From the NCBI GenBank assembly GCA_964016885.1, contig OZ024759.1, positions 34,472,001-34,536,000 of the forward strand: a stretch of DNA of 64,000 bases. The letters are read 5' to 3'. The position numbers and the translations under genes were made by a program. Position 1 is the stretch's first letter; each line of letters starts with the position of its first letter. Source of the DNA: Eledone cirrhosa. Its lineage: Eukaryota. Below the pieces are notes generated by a model. That model had not been told where the DNA came from. It worked only from the letters and a program-made list of their open reading frames with translations, and did no database searches. Below are positions 42,142 through 56,701 of this stretch, piece by piece.

Positions 42142-42397
42142 ATATACGAATATGTGCAAATGTATACATATATACGTATATACGTATATGTGTAAATGTG
42201 TACATATATATCTATATACGTATATGTGTGTGTTTAAGCCTCTCAATTCTGATCACTTTGGGGCATCTCCTATTGGATAACTTTATTTGGTTAAAACTTT
42301 CGGTGCAGATTTTATGCAGATTTTCACAATGAAGGCAGTTATATATTCTTACTGAATTATCCACACGCTCTGATATATAGTATGTATATGTGTGTGA

Positions 42398-42565
42398 AGG
42401 TGCGTGGCTTAGTGGTTAGAGTGCTGAGCTTACAATCGTAAAGTGTCGAGTTCGAATCCCGGGCCGAGTGGTGCGTGGTGCCCTTGAGTAAAACTCTGTA
42501 TTGCCGTCGCTTCAGTTTACTCACCTGTAGAAATTAGTTGCCACGTCTCCGGTGTTTCGCTGTAT
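42398..42565 (+). mobile_element. tRNA-derived SINE family S2
   Basis: A box tggcttagtgg, B box gttcgaatcc, followed by a non-tRNA body. Confidence 0.75.
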
Positions 42566-43304
42566 CTATTGTTCTGTGTTCTAACGTTTTGGTTTACCTG
42601 TTGTGGTCAATAAAATAATGTATCTAGAATGGTAATTTGGCAGAATTGCTAGAGTGTCACATAATCTTGGGGGTATTTAATCCAGCTGTTTTGCGGGACA
42701 CCGTTTATATTCAGCCGTGGTAAGCTTAAATCTGTTTCCCATTTTAACACAACCTCACGACACTTAAACGTCCACTCTATTGCAACACCTTAGCGCAGCT
42801 CCCTAATTTAAGGACCTCTTGATTCCTTCTTTATCCAAACCTCATAAGCTCTTGAACACTGTTCTTCTCCAACAGACTAAACAGCAATAAAAAATATCAG
42901 ATTTTAGAAAAATATACACATGGGTTGGTGACATGATACTTTATTACTAGGTTGTTTTTTCGTTATATTTTCTTGCTCAATGGCTTACATTTGTCTCTCT
43001 TGAATGTCAACAAACTACGAAGCTGTTTATTTGCAGGAAAAAAATAACTGCTATATTCCATCTATTTGATCTACTACTGCTATAGGAAAAGATTCTTTTT
43101 ATTTTCGGTATAGAATCGAGCCTTAATTATTTCTATCCCAAAACACGATATTCGTCACTTCAAAGAAAAAAAGTCCAAGTAGAATTTTGACTTAAGAATG
43201 CATAGATTTACATTTAGAAGACACCGTCGTTGTTGTTGTTGTTGTTGTTGTTATTATTGTTAACATTATTATTATTATTATTGTTGATGTGTCTCTGCTT
43301 CGGT

Positions 43305-44070
<766 letters not shown>

Positions 44071-44143
44071 GTGTGTGTGGATGTATAAACCTTCAAGTTT
44101 TTCACAACTTCAATCATATGTTGACCAAGTTGGTAAAGTATTC

Positions 44144-44207
<64 letters not shown>

Positions 44208-44475
44208 AACTCTCTCTCTCTCACAAACACACACACACACAAAGTCATACATATTGAAAGCCACATATTAGGAAGTCCATAAGATATTAGATTGCAAATA
44301 CGAAGTCTTATTTCGTACTTTGATCTTCTCTACAACATGAAAACTCTGGCAGAACTTCATATTTACTGCATCATCTCTCTCTCTCTCACTCAGCCCATAT
44401 ATCAACAACAAAACACAAAACAACAATATTGCGATTTCGTCTATAAAAATAAAAAGTAAAATCTTTTCTCGCCCA

Positions 44476-44507
<32 letters not shown>

Positions 44508-44508
44508 C

Positions 44509-44539
<31 letters not shown>

Positions 44540-44702
44540 CTTTTTCTCTCTCTTTTTCTCTCTCTTTCTCTTTCTCTCTCTCTTTCTTTTTCTCTCGCTC
44601 TCTCCTCCAAACAACACACATAACAATACATACATAGAAATACAGGGACTCTATCAATTGCTTCATTAGATCAAAACACCACTGGGATTCAACGATATTA
44701 AA

Positions 44703-45150
44703 AACTGAGAAAATAGCAAACATCTGCAATCAGAAACATTTTTGAACTTTTTCGTAGTCTCAGCTTCTATATTATGTTGTGTTGGTGCATGTTGACATGT
44801 GTGTGTCTGTATGTGTGCGTGTGTCTGTGTGCCTGCTGTGTGTGTTGATGTGTGTGTGTGCGTTTGTGTGCGTGTGTGTAGGCAATATTACTGAGAAATA
44901 GTAAATAACTTTAATCAGAAACATTTCTGAATATTTTCGTAGTCGCAACTTCTATATTATGTTGTGTTGGTGCCTGTTGATGTGTGTGTGTGTGTATGTG
45001 AGTTTGTGTGTGTGGGGGGGGGGGCATGTTGATGTGTGTGTTTATGTGTATGTTAATGTGTGTGTATGTGTATGAAGTCTTACTGAGAAGTAGCAAATAA
45101 CTTTAATCAGAAACATTTATAAGCATTTTTGGTTGTCTCCACTTCTTTAT
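44703..45150. repeat. Degenerate ~190-bp tandem repeat (2.5 copies)
   Basis: actgagaa.tag.aaa...aatcagaaacattt at ~44704, 44890, 45082. Confidence 0.8.
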
Positions 45151-45441
45151 TAATCTTTCCTTCGTTTATTCCCAGATCTAATCGTTTCTTTTCGTTTCTC
45201 TTCCAGGTACGTGTTTTATACAACTCTACATTCTTGATACTCTGGTGTGTTATATACACCCTAATGTATGTATACACCCATTCTATTTCATAACTTTTTA
45301 ATTCTTATTGTTTATCTTTTTGACTTCTTTGATTGATTTTTTTTCTACACTACTCGCGTTTATAAAGAAGTATTCTGTAAAGATTTCCATTTACTCAACA
45401 TACATGTATATGTCTGTATGTATATGTCTATATTTGTTTTT

Positions 45442-45477
45442 TCTTCTGATGAAGGACTAGCGTCCGAAACGTTAAGG
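45442..45477 (+). ncRNA. Minimal hammerhead typical of Penelope-like elements
   Basis: tctt-CTGATGA-a-ggac-tagc-gtcc-GAAACGT-T-aagg; palindromic AACGTT stem III. Tail gcgttaaactaa is related to 30090-30150 and 9210-9280. Confidence 0.7.
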
Positions 45478-45575
45478 CCCTCTTCCTGCTATTTCAAGCG
45501 TTAAACTAAAATATTCCTTCCATATACTGTACTGTTTAAAATTTTATTTCTGTTTACCCTTGACATATATATAAT

Positions 45576-45607
<32 letters not shown>

Positions 45608-45629
45608 TATATTTATATATATATTTATA

Positions 45630-45797
45630 ATCAGGATGTATTCAGTTGAAACGGGTTAGAGCATTACTCAACAGAGTACTCGATACTTGGAGTAGTAGAG
45701 TATGGTTATATTATATAAAGTCGGGACCTCGACGGCTGAGCTCTTGCCATTTCAACAGCTAGACTAGGTGTTGAAACGGGATCCCTACTCTTTATAA
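45630..45797 (-). mobile_element. Family A-related cassette, diverged
   Basis: cagagtactcgatacttggagtagtagagt...gtcgggacctcgacggctgagctc..ccatttcaacagctaga. Confidence 0.7.
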
Positions 45798-46144
45798 CAT
45801 ATATATATATATATATATGTGTGTGTTTGTGTGTCTGTGTGTGTTCCAATATATGTCACACACGTGACATATAATGGCACTTACTGCTAGAAAAAAAAAT
45901 CACATTTCAATTCAACGAAATTAGCAGAACGTTGGCTGGAGGAAATAAATCTGCTGATAGGATGCTGAAGAAGGGGGGGGTGGAGGGGGGGGGGACAATG
46001 TTATGATATTATACGTGTTACGCGGTCTCTTATATTAATAAATGTTATTTGTCAAATGTAGAGAAAGAAGTGTCATTTTTCTGGTCGAATCAATATATTT
46101 TGTAAAAGTTTGATATATTCTGAGAACAACGATGGGAATATAGG

Positions 46145-46730
46145 TAGGGAGAGAGTAGTGGGGGGGTAGAGAGGGGGGTAGTGGGTTGATAGAGAGAGAG
46201 AGATGGAGGAGAGAGAGTAGTGGGTTGATAGAGAGAGAGGGGGACAGAGATGGGGGTTAGAAGGGAGAGAGAGTAATGGGTTGACAGAGGGGGGGAGAGA
46301 AGGGAGAAAGAGTAGTGGGTTGACAGAGGGGGAGTGTGAGAGAGAGAGGTGGGGGAGAAATGTACAGAGGCAGGGAGAGGTCTACACAAACAGTGAGACG
46401 AAGAGAGGGACAGTGGGGGAGATAGATGAACAGTGAGAGAGGAGCAGTGAGATGAACAGTAAGATAGACAAAGAGAGAGAGGGGAACTGAGAGAGAGAGA
46501 GAGAGAGACATAGAGAGTGATATAGACAGAGAGAGGGACAGTTAGAGAGGGACTGTGAGAGGGGAGCAGTAAGATAGACAGAGAAAGAGGGAGAGATGGG
46601 AGCTGTGAGAGAGAGACATAGAGAGAGAGAGAGTGACAATGAGAGAAAGAGAGTGACAATGAGAGAAAGAGAAGGTGGCAGAGGTACTACAACAAGGAGA
46701 GGGAGAGGTGTAGGGAGAGAGAAGAGAAGC
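46145..46730. repeat. Purine-rich (GA)n low-complexity tract
   Basis: Direct reading. Confidence 0.9.
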
Positions 46731-47470
46731 TGTCAAAAATGTAAGCAGGACTTAGTGATTTGAACATCAGAAATGAACTTAGCAAAGAGACAAGCCACCA
46801 TTTTGATTCATACAAAGAGGGGAATGGTGGCGACGAAGAGAAATATTTTCGTTCTGTTTAAATACTCTATGCTTACCCAGTCAGGTTTACATCAGATATT
46901 TGTAAGTGCTATATCAGTTCAAACCTTATTATCGATTTCTTTAGCTAGGAACTATGTCGCCGAATATTGACAGGAAGAGAAAACGACGAGGTTATGAAGT
47001 TCTTCTCTGATCTTCGTGTTTTGTTTTCCCTTCCTGAACAATGCGAATGGAGCGGGCCTCAGTCCGTTTCGACGATGAGTGTTGTAGTTTTAGGTAGTTG
47101 TTTGATCAATGGAACAACCCGCTGGTAAAACATTCCACTTGCTATATATATATATATATATATTATGTTATACTTGGAGAGGGTCATATTGCCAGAAATA
47201 ATAACAGAACACACTCACTGTTTGGTTGGTTTTCGCTCCTGTATCTTTTATATCTCTAGAGTTAATTTATTTGGCAATCAATGTTTATCATTGATTGACC
47301 AGCGGTTAACAAGAAACATATATATCGTTATAGGTAATCCAGTTAGAGGTTGTGAGTACTCTGCGTCGTGGATAGTTTTAACGTACAGCTTTGTTTAATT
47401 CAACAAGATGTTTCCATAGTTAGGCAGCGAGTTCGCGAGAATTCCCATGTAGATTATTCTTGGAGTAATA

Positions 47471-47732
47471 ATAGTGAAAGAATGAAGAGTAACATGGTTG
47501 GCTGTACAATAAGGGGCTTTATTTCAGGTATTGACAATTGTTTTGTTTATCAGGTGAGTCTAGAGGTCGCTAATCGGTGATGAGTTGGTGAGTAGTAAAT
47601 AATGTAATGGAGATCGAGTGACGCAACTTCGAGCGATTAGCGCCCTCTAGACTCTCCTGATCAATGAAACAATTGTTAATACTTGAAATAAAGCCCCTTG
47701 TTGTACAGCCAACCATGTTACTCTTCATTCTT

Positions 47733-47739
<7 letters not shown>
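47471..47739. repeat. Imperfect inverted repeat (~105-bp arms, ~57-nt spacer) abutting (TA)n
   Basis: 47471-47576 / 47634-47739; the right arm reads CTGATCAATGAAACAATTGTTA (degenerate minimal hammerhead). Confidence 0.9.
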
Positions 47740-47804
<65 letters not shown>

Positions 47805-47838
47805 TGTGTGCGTTTCCGTGTATTATATGTATGTATAA

Positions 47839-47898
<60 letters not shown>

Positions 47899-48109
47899 GT
47901 TGTCACACGAGAGACAAGAGTACTCAATACCAAGGTAGTGTTTGAATATTCGTTTGCATGCAGGGAACCCTAACACCCGGGGAAGTCGTAGGAGCGCCGT
48001 ATTGACATATGGTGTTTCTGGGGCATTTCTAAACCTGGTGGAGCCCATCTCTCCCTCTCCGGGTCTGAATACAGCAGATTTCTTCCAGAAAAGGATAGAG
48101 AGGGTGAGA

Positions 48110-48282
48110 AAGAGATATCGAGGAAGAAGAATCGACCCCAGTACTTGACTGGTACTTTTTTTTTATCGACCTCGATGGATGAAAGACAAAATTGACCTCG
48201 GTGGGATTTGAACTCAGAGAGCAGAGATCTGGAATGAATACCACAAAGCATTGTATCTGACGTTCTAAACGACTCTGCTACG
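48110..48282 (-). mobile_element. SINE S1-related
   Basis: ctggtactttt..atcgacctcgatggatgaaagacaaaattgacctcggtgggatttgaactcaga. Confidence 0.75.
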
Positions 48283-48307
48283 CATATTTAGATACGTATG
48301 TATATGT

Positions 48308-48369
<62 letters not shown>

Positions 48370-49356
48370 ACATACATGCATGTGTACATATATAGAGAGA
48401 TATAGATAAATGAACCTGGTGCCTTTTCCAGAAAATCTTACTAATGGCTGAAAAACCTACTTTCCAAACAATGTTTAAAACGAAGATGGAAATATTTTAA
48501 AGCTTCGTTAAAATATTACATTTTTGATACGCAGTTTGTATTCAAAGAACTTCACACAATTACGACAGCAGGAAAACATAGATACTACAACAACTACTAC
48601 ATCAATAACAACAAATAAAAGCATGTATATAAATGTAAGTAAAAGATAAAATAGAAGTTGCCATAAATTTATTTTCTAGGAATGATTCAATTGCATTCAT
48701 TTTTATTTGGTAATTAGCAGAAGTCTGCTGTGATAAATATGAAAATGTAAATAGCATGAATTCTTCAAAAGTTTTCTTTATTTTATATATCATATTTTCA
48801 TTTGTTTTGTTACGTTTTACTGTAACTGCTGTTTATGAAGACTACTGATGTTTTAAATACACGCATATCTATTGATTGCAAGAGGAATTTAATTTTGTTT
48901 CATTATTATACAATGGAATCACGTTTTCGAAAGACTGAACTAAGATGAACATAAAAGATTAAGATACTGAACATCTATTTAAAGAAATCCGTATTTGCAC
49001 TTACATGTAACAATCCCCTACAAATAAAGTGAAGTTAAATAGAATAAAATTAAATAAACAGCGTGTAAAACATAAAAAAATGTGAACTATTGCAATTTCT
49101 ACATTGAGCAAGTCAGATCAAATTGTAATTAACTACAACCAGAAACATAATTGTATGGTCCCATGACTTCTGAAGGGGTCGTAGGGGGGTATGTATTGTT
49201 ATACAGTATTTTGAGAGCCTTTATTAAAATGTGGCTTAGCCCATCTCCACTCTAGGCCTGAATACACAAGGAAGGAATACCACAAAGCATTCTATCCGAC
49301 ATACTAACGACACTGCTAATTCACCAACTTACGGCCAGGTGGTCTCTATTACATAA

Positions 49357-49550
49357 TGGCGGTGGATTGGCAGTATCGGTAGAGGGTCGGACGCCTTGCT
49401 TTGCTGCATAGTTACGTCCCTTTACGATCTGATTTCAAATCCCGCCGAGGTTAACTTTGCCTTTCATCCTTACGGGGTCAATAAAATATTGTACCAGTAA
49501 TGCACTGGTTAATTGCTGGCCTTGTGCCAAAAATTAAAAACAATTAATAT
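49357..49550 (+). mobile_element. SINE family S1, near full length
   Basis: ggcggtggattggcagtatcggtagag...ggccttgtgccaaaa. Confidence 0.9.
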
Positions 49551-50704
49551 TATACACGTTCTGTAAGATTTCCGGATTCCTCCAAAAATAAATTGAGTGA
49601 AATGTATGCCGCCTGTGCAACGAACTCCGTATGGTGCAATGAGGCAGCTGATGTCGCTGGCTGTTCTACGCGCCAATGCTAGCTGTTTTACAAAGAGCTA
49701 TGGAGATATATCTCTCACCCAAAAGTGTAAAGATTCTCTTTCCCATCTTACTTCCTCTTTTCACTTTTTGCTCTACTTTCTTCTTGTATATGATTTTAAC
49801 CCTTTAAAAAATAAATAATTTCACCATTGTATAAGTCGGTTCAATAATACATATATTAATTATTTTAAAGTTTCACTTGTCTTACAAGTAACTTAATCTG
49901 ATAACATGTGTTCAAACTAAAGTAATTACATCATGAAAGAATGCGTTTAGCTATTGGATTTGCAGTAGAACTGCGTCATTGACCAGGTCACACACAGTAT
50001 GACGAAAATTTTGAAATAAATATAGGATATATCTAAATCTAATTTAACAGAAAAACGTTCCAAGCTGTGAACATTCTATAGAGTTACAGGAATTTAATAA
50101 TCCAGTGAAGACAATTGATTCGTGAAAATAATGACACAATACTCTATATAACATATGGATTATTTTATATTTTATATCATTTTTATGGGAAACTAAATCA
50201 TTTATTCATGCTACCTTAATTTAATTTACACGACGGTGGAGGGTCGATATTCTACTAAAATTCACCCCCGATGATGTTAAGAAGCATTCAATATATCTGT
50301 ATAGAAACCCGAGCCTTTTGTGACTCAACCTTACTCCAGGTTTTAAACGTCACAACCATGTTCTAATTACCATTCAGGCAGAATCCAATTATAATCCAAC
50401 ATCTAGATATAGCTAAGTTCTTTATTAATAAGATGCGAACCGAGCATTTTAGAGAATAACAAAAAGATAATAATAATTGCAATAATGGTTTCTTTGTTAG
50501 CTACACAGGGCTTACATTAAGAGAACAATAAGGACGGTACATGATGTTAAAGTGTGGGGTTATTTGTGTGAAGGAAAGGTTTATAAAGGAAACTAAACAA
50601 AAATAAACATTTAAGATAAAAACATAAGAAATTCTCCAAAGACATTTCTTTTCCATTGTATCCTATCTTGTTCATCATCATTGGATGAGACAACAAGCTC
50701 ACCT

Positions 50705-50930
50705 TCATGCCAACAGTCTCTATTTTCCCATCAAGGTCTGTAGGTCATTCTTGCCGATTCCTGCGTTTCTTGTATTGGTATCTTTATATCTGAGCTTTGA
50801 GGACGAGATCTCCCACAACAAGAGGTATGAAACCATTTCATCTTTCACGCGCCGAAACAGAGACCAACAAACCTTGTACAACGTTGTATCAGACGTTCAT
50901 TTATTTCGAGTAATTTTCCGTATATATTCC
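50705..50930 (-). mobile_element. Degenerate RTE-clade LINE 3' fragment
   Basis: IYGKLLEINERLIQRCTRFVGLC/(frameshift)FRRVKDEMVSYLLLWEISSSKLRYKD...DLQTLM resembles the RTE LYG.lp.i...i..RR.rfaGHc.R...e..s.lllW motif. Confidence 0.7.
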
Positions 50931-51181
50931 ATTGTAAGCCCGTGTCTGATTCATTAGTTGTACTATTTCTTTCCAAGGGAGAGAAGTATTACTGGAAATT
51001 TCTCATTAAAATATGGGGATATCAAATTATTTAAAAAATATACAATATTATGTGAATATTTCATTTAATATCATTTTAACTAAAGTATTTACACAAGCAA
51101 TATCTACTTCGACATAATTGTGTCTCATTGGTACACAGTAATCTTGGTTCCATTAATTATTAAACACACTACGATTGGGGA

Positions 51182-51212
<31 letters not shown>

Positions 51213-51249
51213 TTCTTTCCTTTACATTTTCTATGGAAATACATAACAC

Positions 51250-51325
<76 letters not shown>

Positions 51326-51736
51326 ATACTTTAATTTTCCACACAATATATATATATACACATATACACAAAGGCATATATTTATATATGCATGCATTAA
51401 TTTTCCACGCAAAAACGCAATTATACATTCATATATATGTTTGTGAGTGTGTACGAGCAAAGTTCCATATCCATATGCATGTGTGTGTTCGTATGTGTTC
51501 TTGTGTATGTGTAGTTCCATATTAATACACATGTATGTTTATGTGTTATGTGTGTATGTAGTATGTGTTATTGAAGTGTATTCATATACTAAAACCTCTC
51601 ATGCTACACATATTGAAAATCAATTGATGCGGTGCAAAATTTATGGATAAAGTCAAAATTAAATCGTTTCGTTCTTTTAAAAGGCATCAACGAATCGTAA
51701 TGAAGAAGAAATATGAATCGATTACAAAATACATAA

Positions 51737-51769
<33 letters not shown>

Positions 51770-51970
51770 GTATTTGTGTGTGTATATATATATATATATA
51801 GTATTTGTGTGTGTATGTCTATATATATATATATATATATATATTATTTGTGTGTGTATATATATATATAGTATTTGTGTGTGTATGTCTATATATATAT
51901 ATATTATTTGTGTGTGTATATATGAATAGTATTTGTGTGTGTATATCTATATATATATATATATAGTATT

Positions 51971-52015
<45 letters not shown>

Positions 52016-52054
52016 TTTGTGTGTGTATGTCTATATATATATATATATAGTATT

Positions 52055-52111
<57 letters not shown>

Positions 52112-53041
52112 TTTGTGTGTGTATGTCTATATATATATAGTATTTGTAAGTGTGAAGAAGAAGAATATATATAATAACAATAATAAAAATAAAAGTGAAA
52201 ATAATAATAATAATAATTAACAATAATAAAAGTGATAATTATGATAATATTATTATTACCAATATTAATAATGGCGGTGGTGTTGATACCTGAATTATTT
52301 CGATTAATGATAATATTAATAATTTCTATTGAAAATACTAGGAAGGGAAAATAACGAAAAAAAAATACATAAAGGAAAGGAAAAGAAAAAAAAACAAAGA
52401 AAGATAGAAAGAAAGAAGGAAAGAGCCTGATTGAATGAGAAGAATAATTTGTGAATAGCTATTTGTTCTCTTTGTTCACTTAAATTTATGGCACTTTCTA
52501 GAAATTGAAATGAAATATCATCCCCAACCTATTTTCTACGGAGGGAGAAAAATCCTCTGTTGTTATTATTATTATTATTATTATTATTGTTATTGTTATT
52601 GTTGTTATTGTTCTTGTTATTATTAGTATTGTTGTTGTGGTTATTGTAAAAAGAACGAAAGACAAAACACAAAACGAAATAAGTAAAATAGAAAAATGTT
52701 GAGAAGAAAAAGACAAAAAAAAAAAAGGCCAGAATTGTGTTAAAGGTCTTCCATAATTTCTTCGGTAAAGAAAGGTTGGTTCCATTAATTTCCGGTTTTC
52801 TGACAATTTCGAATCACTCAATAATTCGAACCAGGTTTAAATTTGCAGATGTGACACTAACAACAGGAAGTAGAAGAAAACAATACTGAAAACAGACGGT
52901 ATTATACAATAGAACTAAAAACACAAGTTTTTTTGTTGTTGTTCTCTCTGTGTTTGGTGGTGGTTGTCTGTGTGTGTGTGTGTGTGTGTGTGTACATGTG
53001 TGTGTGGTGTTGTGTGTACATATGTGTTGGTGTTGTATCTA

Positions 53042-53298
53042 GTTAGGTTGTATATATATATATACAACCTCGTATATATATATATATATATACAACCTAA
53101 TATATATATATATATATATACAACCTAATATATATATATATATATATATACAACCTAATATATATATACATACAACCTAATATATATATATATATATATA
53201 AATACAACCTCATATATATATATATATATATATACAACCTAATATATATATATATAGAGATATACAACCTAATATATATAGATATATAGATATACAAC

Positions 53299-53354
<56 letters not shown>

Positions 53355-53470
53355 ACCTCATATATATATATATACAACCTCATATATATATATATATATA
53401 TATACAACCTCATATATATATATATATATATATATATACAACCTCGTATATATATATATATATATACAAC

Positions 53471-53520
<50 letters not shown>

Positions 53521-53522
53521 AC

Positions 53523-53564
<42 letters not shown>

Positions 53565-53992
53565 ACCTAATATATATATATATATATATACAACCTAATA
53601 TATATATATATATACAACCTAATATATATATATATATTATATATATATATATTATATAATACAACCTAATATATATATATATATTATATATATATATATT
53701 ATATAATACAACCTAATATATATATATATTATATATATACAACCTAATATATATATATATATTATATATATACAACCTAATATATATATTATATATATAT
53801 TATATATATATATACAACCTAATATATATATATTATATATATATATACAACCTAATATATATATATTATATATATATAGACAACCTAATATATATATATT
53901 ATATATATATATACAACCTAATATATATATATATATTATATATATACAACCTAATATATATATATATATTATGTATATATATACAACCTATT
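53042..53992. repeat. (TA)n array punctuated by CAACCT (roughly 28 units)
   Basis: Direct reading; the first flank is the inverse, ttaggttg. Confidence 0.95.
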
Positions 53993-54424
53993 ATATATAT
54001 ATATTATATATATGTATATATTCATATATATATATATAGCGTCGGTATGTGGGTCTGTATTGGTTATGTATGTTTGTATGTATTGGGTATCTGTGATGGG
54101 TGTCTGTGTTATATATCTGTATGTATGTATGTGTTTGTATTATTGTGTTTTTATGTGTCTGTGTTGTTCTGGTTGAGTGAACAGACGTATGATCAAAGGC
54201 TATCCAACCATAACCATACCCGTCTGACTTCCTCATTGTCAATGAACAGTGAATCATCTTATCCAACATATCTCCTCTCTAACATAGTCATCAGAGATTT
54301 CAGCTAGATTTCGTAACTATTTCTAGCAATACAAACCAGCAATATTAAGGATCATTTGTTCCCTTTCACCAGTCAAATGTCCGTTGCCAAGACTATCCGT
54401 GTGGCGCCCAATTGCTGATAATAG

Positions 54425-55040
54425 TGAGAGATGGGGAGAGATGGATGCAGTGACAGTGAGAGTTTGGTTCCTCTGTGTTCGGACCTGGTGTATATGAAAG
54501 ATGGGGAGAGCGGGAGAGATGGAGGCAGTGACAGTGGGAGTTTGGTTCCTTTGTGTTCGGACCTGGTGTATATGAGAGATGGGGAGAGCGGGAGAGATGG
54601 AGGCAGTGACAGTGGGAGTTTGGTTCCTTTGTGTTCGGACCTGGTGTATATGAGAGATGGGGAGAGCGGGAGAGATGGAGGTAGTGACAGTGGGAGTTTG
54701 GTTCCTCTGTGTTCGGACCTGGTGTATATGAGAGATGGGGAGAGCGGGAGAGATGGAGGCAGTGACAGTGGGAGTTTGGTTCCTTTGTGTTCGGACCTGG
54801 TGTATATGAGAGATGGGGAGAGCGGGAGAGATGGAGGCAGTGACAGTGGGAGTTTGGTTCCTTTGTGTTCGGACCTGGTGTATATGAAAGATGGGTAGAG
54901 CCGAAGAGACGGAAGCAATGACAGTGGGAGTTTGGTTCCTTTGTGTTCGGACCTGGTATATATGAGAGTTGGGGAGAGCGAGAGAGATGGAAGCAGTGAC
55001 AGTGGGAGTTTGGTTCCTTTGTGTTCGGACCTGATGTATA
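54425..55040. repeat. 78-bp minisatellite, about 8 copies
   Basis: cagtgacagtgggagtttggttcctttgtgttcggacctggtgtatatgagagatggggagagcgggagagatggagg; period 54448 to 54526. Confidence 0.97.
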
Positions 55041-56284
55041 TGTATGTTTCACAGGCACTCACTCACACTGGGTTTCCTGGCATTGAAATTGAACAGAAAA
55101 ATCAAATATATTCAATATAAAAAAATCTCACAATATCATGAAACACTATCGATATTATATAGAAATTATTTAGTAGTATTTAATAAAAACAAGACACTAC
55201 TAGAGGGAACAAAAACAAGATAGAAAACAAAGGAAATAAAATGAAAAACAAAATAAGGGGATCAAACAACGATAGAAAGGGAGAAGGGTAGAGACAGAAA
55301 TTTCACCCCAGCGTGGTCGTTGCCTCAGCCGCATCCTGCCGCGCATAAAATGGCAAAGGTTACCGCAGAGAATGACCCGAGACGCCCTTTGCAACAGCCA
55401 CCCCACCCCACCCCACAAGGCTTCTTCCTGAAACTGGCCTCCTTATTTTCGTCATTCGTTTTGGATTTATGATACCTTCAAGACTTCACTCGTACTTAAA
55501 GAACATATTGCGGTTGTGAAACAATGAAATGGTGGGGGTACATAACCAAGACCAGGAGATATGTCACTGAATCGAACCGGTGATGTTACTGGTATTAATT
55601 CAATTATTTAAAGACACCAAGATAGCATTTCATTCAGCCACAGTGTCTGTATGTATTTCTAATAGTCATTGGGGTGTGACATATGGCGTGTCTTTGGTAT
55701 TTAAGCATGTCAATGACCATCCATTTTCTGTCTGGACACAAACGATTTCTTCCAGAGAGACTGACAGACAAACTGGCAGAGGGATATACGAGACAATTGA
55801 CCCCAGTACTCGAGTGTTACTTTAGTTATTACCTGGGAAACGGTTAAAATCGATGTTGACTCCCGTGGGATTTGAACTGAGAATGTGGAGAGCCTGAAAT
55901 AATGCCACCACTGCCAGCACTATCACCACCATCACCAATAACTTCAATATTTGAAAGACAAACTACTTACAACATCAAAACCAGCACCATCGAAATAGCA
56001 CCAACTCCACCACATGCAACACCACCTACACAATCAACAACACCACCACCAACACCAGCACCACCAACCCCACCACCCCCTACAACACCACCACCAACAG
56101 CAACAACAACAACTGAAAATGAACAACATAAAACAGAAACAAGACCAATACTCTCTAAAAACGAAATTAAAATAAGTTTTCTAGGCAAAGGAAATATTTT
56201 TAAAAGCGTTAATTAGCTAAAATGCAATGTTATAATAAACACAACACACATATAAATATATATACACATACACATATATATGTG

Positions 56285-56328
<44 letters not shown>

Positions 56329-56494
56329 CCCACACAGGTTATATATACATAAGTTGTATATGTATTTAAGTTATATATATTATGTACACCCAATTTCAAA
56401 TTTAAGTATTTGTTTTTTTGTTTTTATGTGTATAGTATATGCTATATATACACATATATATATGTATATATACACACACTATATATATATGTAT

Positions 56495-56540
<46 letters not shown>

Positions 56541-56542
<2 letters not shown>

Positions 56543-56701
56543 CGAAGGAAATGTGGTAAGGAACCAGGTGGACCATAACGCACCAGAGTACTCAATACTT
56601 AGGGTAGTAGAGTGGGTAATAGGAAAAGGTATGACCCCCGACTGTCCAGAAATAAACGTCGAAACGGCTTGAGCTCTGTCGTCGGGGTCATACTTTTCCT
56701 A
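56541..56701 (-). mobile_element. Fold-back cassette, family A
   Basis: Near-identical to 24171-24272; + strand arm GAAACGG-cttgagctctg-TCGTC-ggggtcatacttttcct. Confidence 0.8.

Noticed and set aside
42398-42470. tRNA gene
   Set aside because: A/B boxes present, but no clean acceptor stem and it continues into a SINE body; same for the minus-strand head at 19260-19326.
47540-47560. Strong AG|GTGAGT recursive-splice-like site
   Set aside because: Lies in the arm of a repeat-derived inverted repeat (antisense of the hammerhead core); probably coincidental.
54373-55062. 220-230-aa repeat ORFs
   Set aside because: 78-bp minisatellite open in multiple frames and strands.
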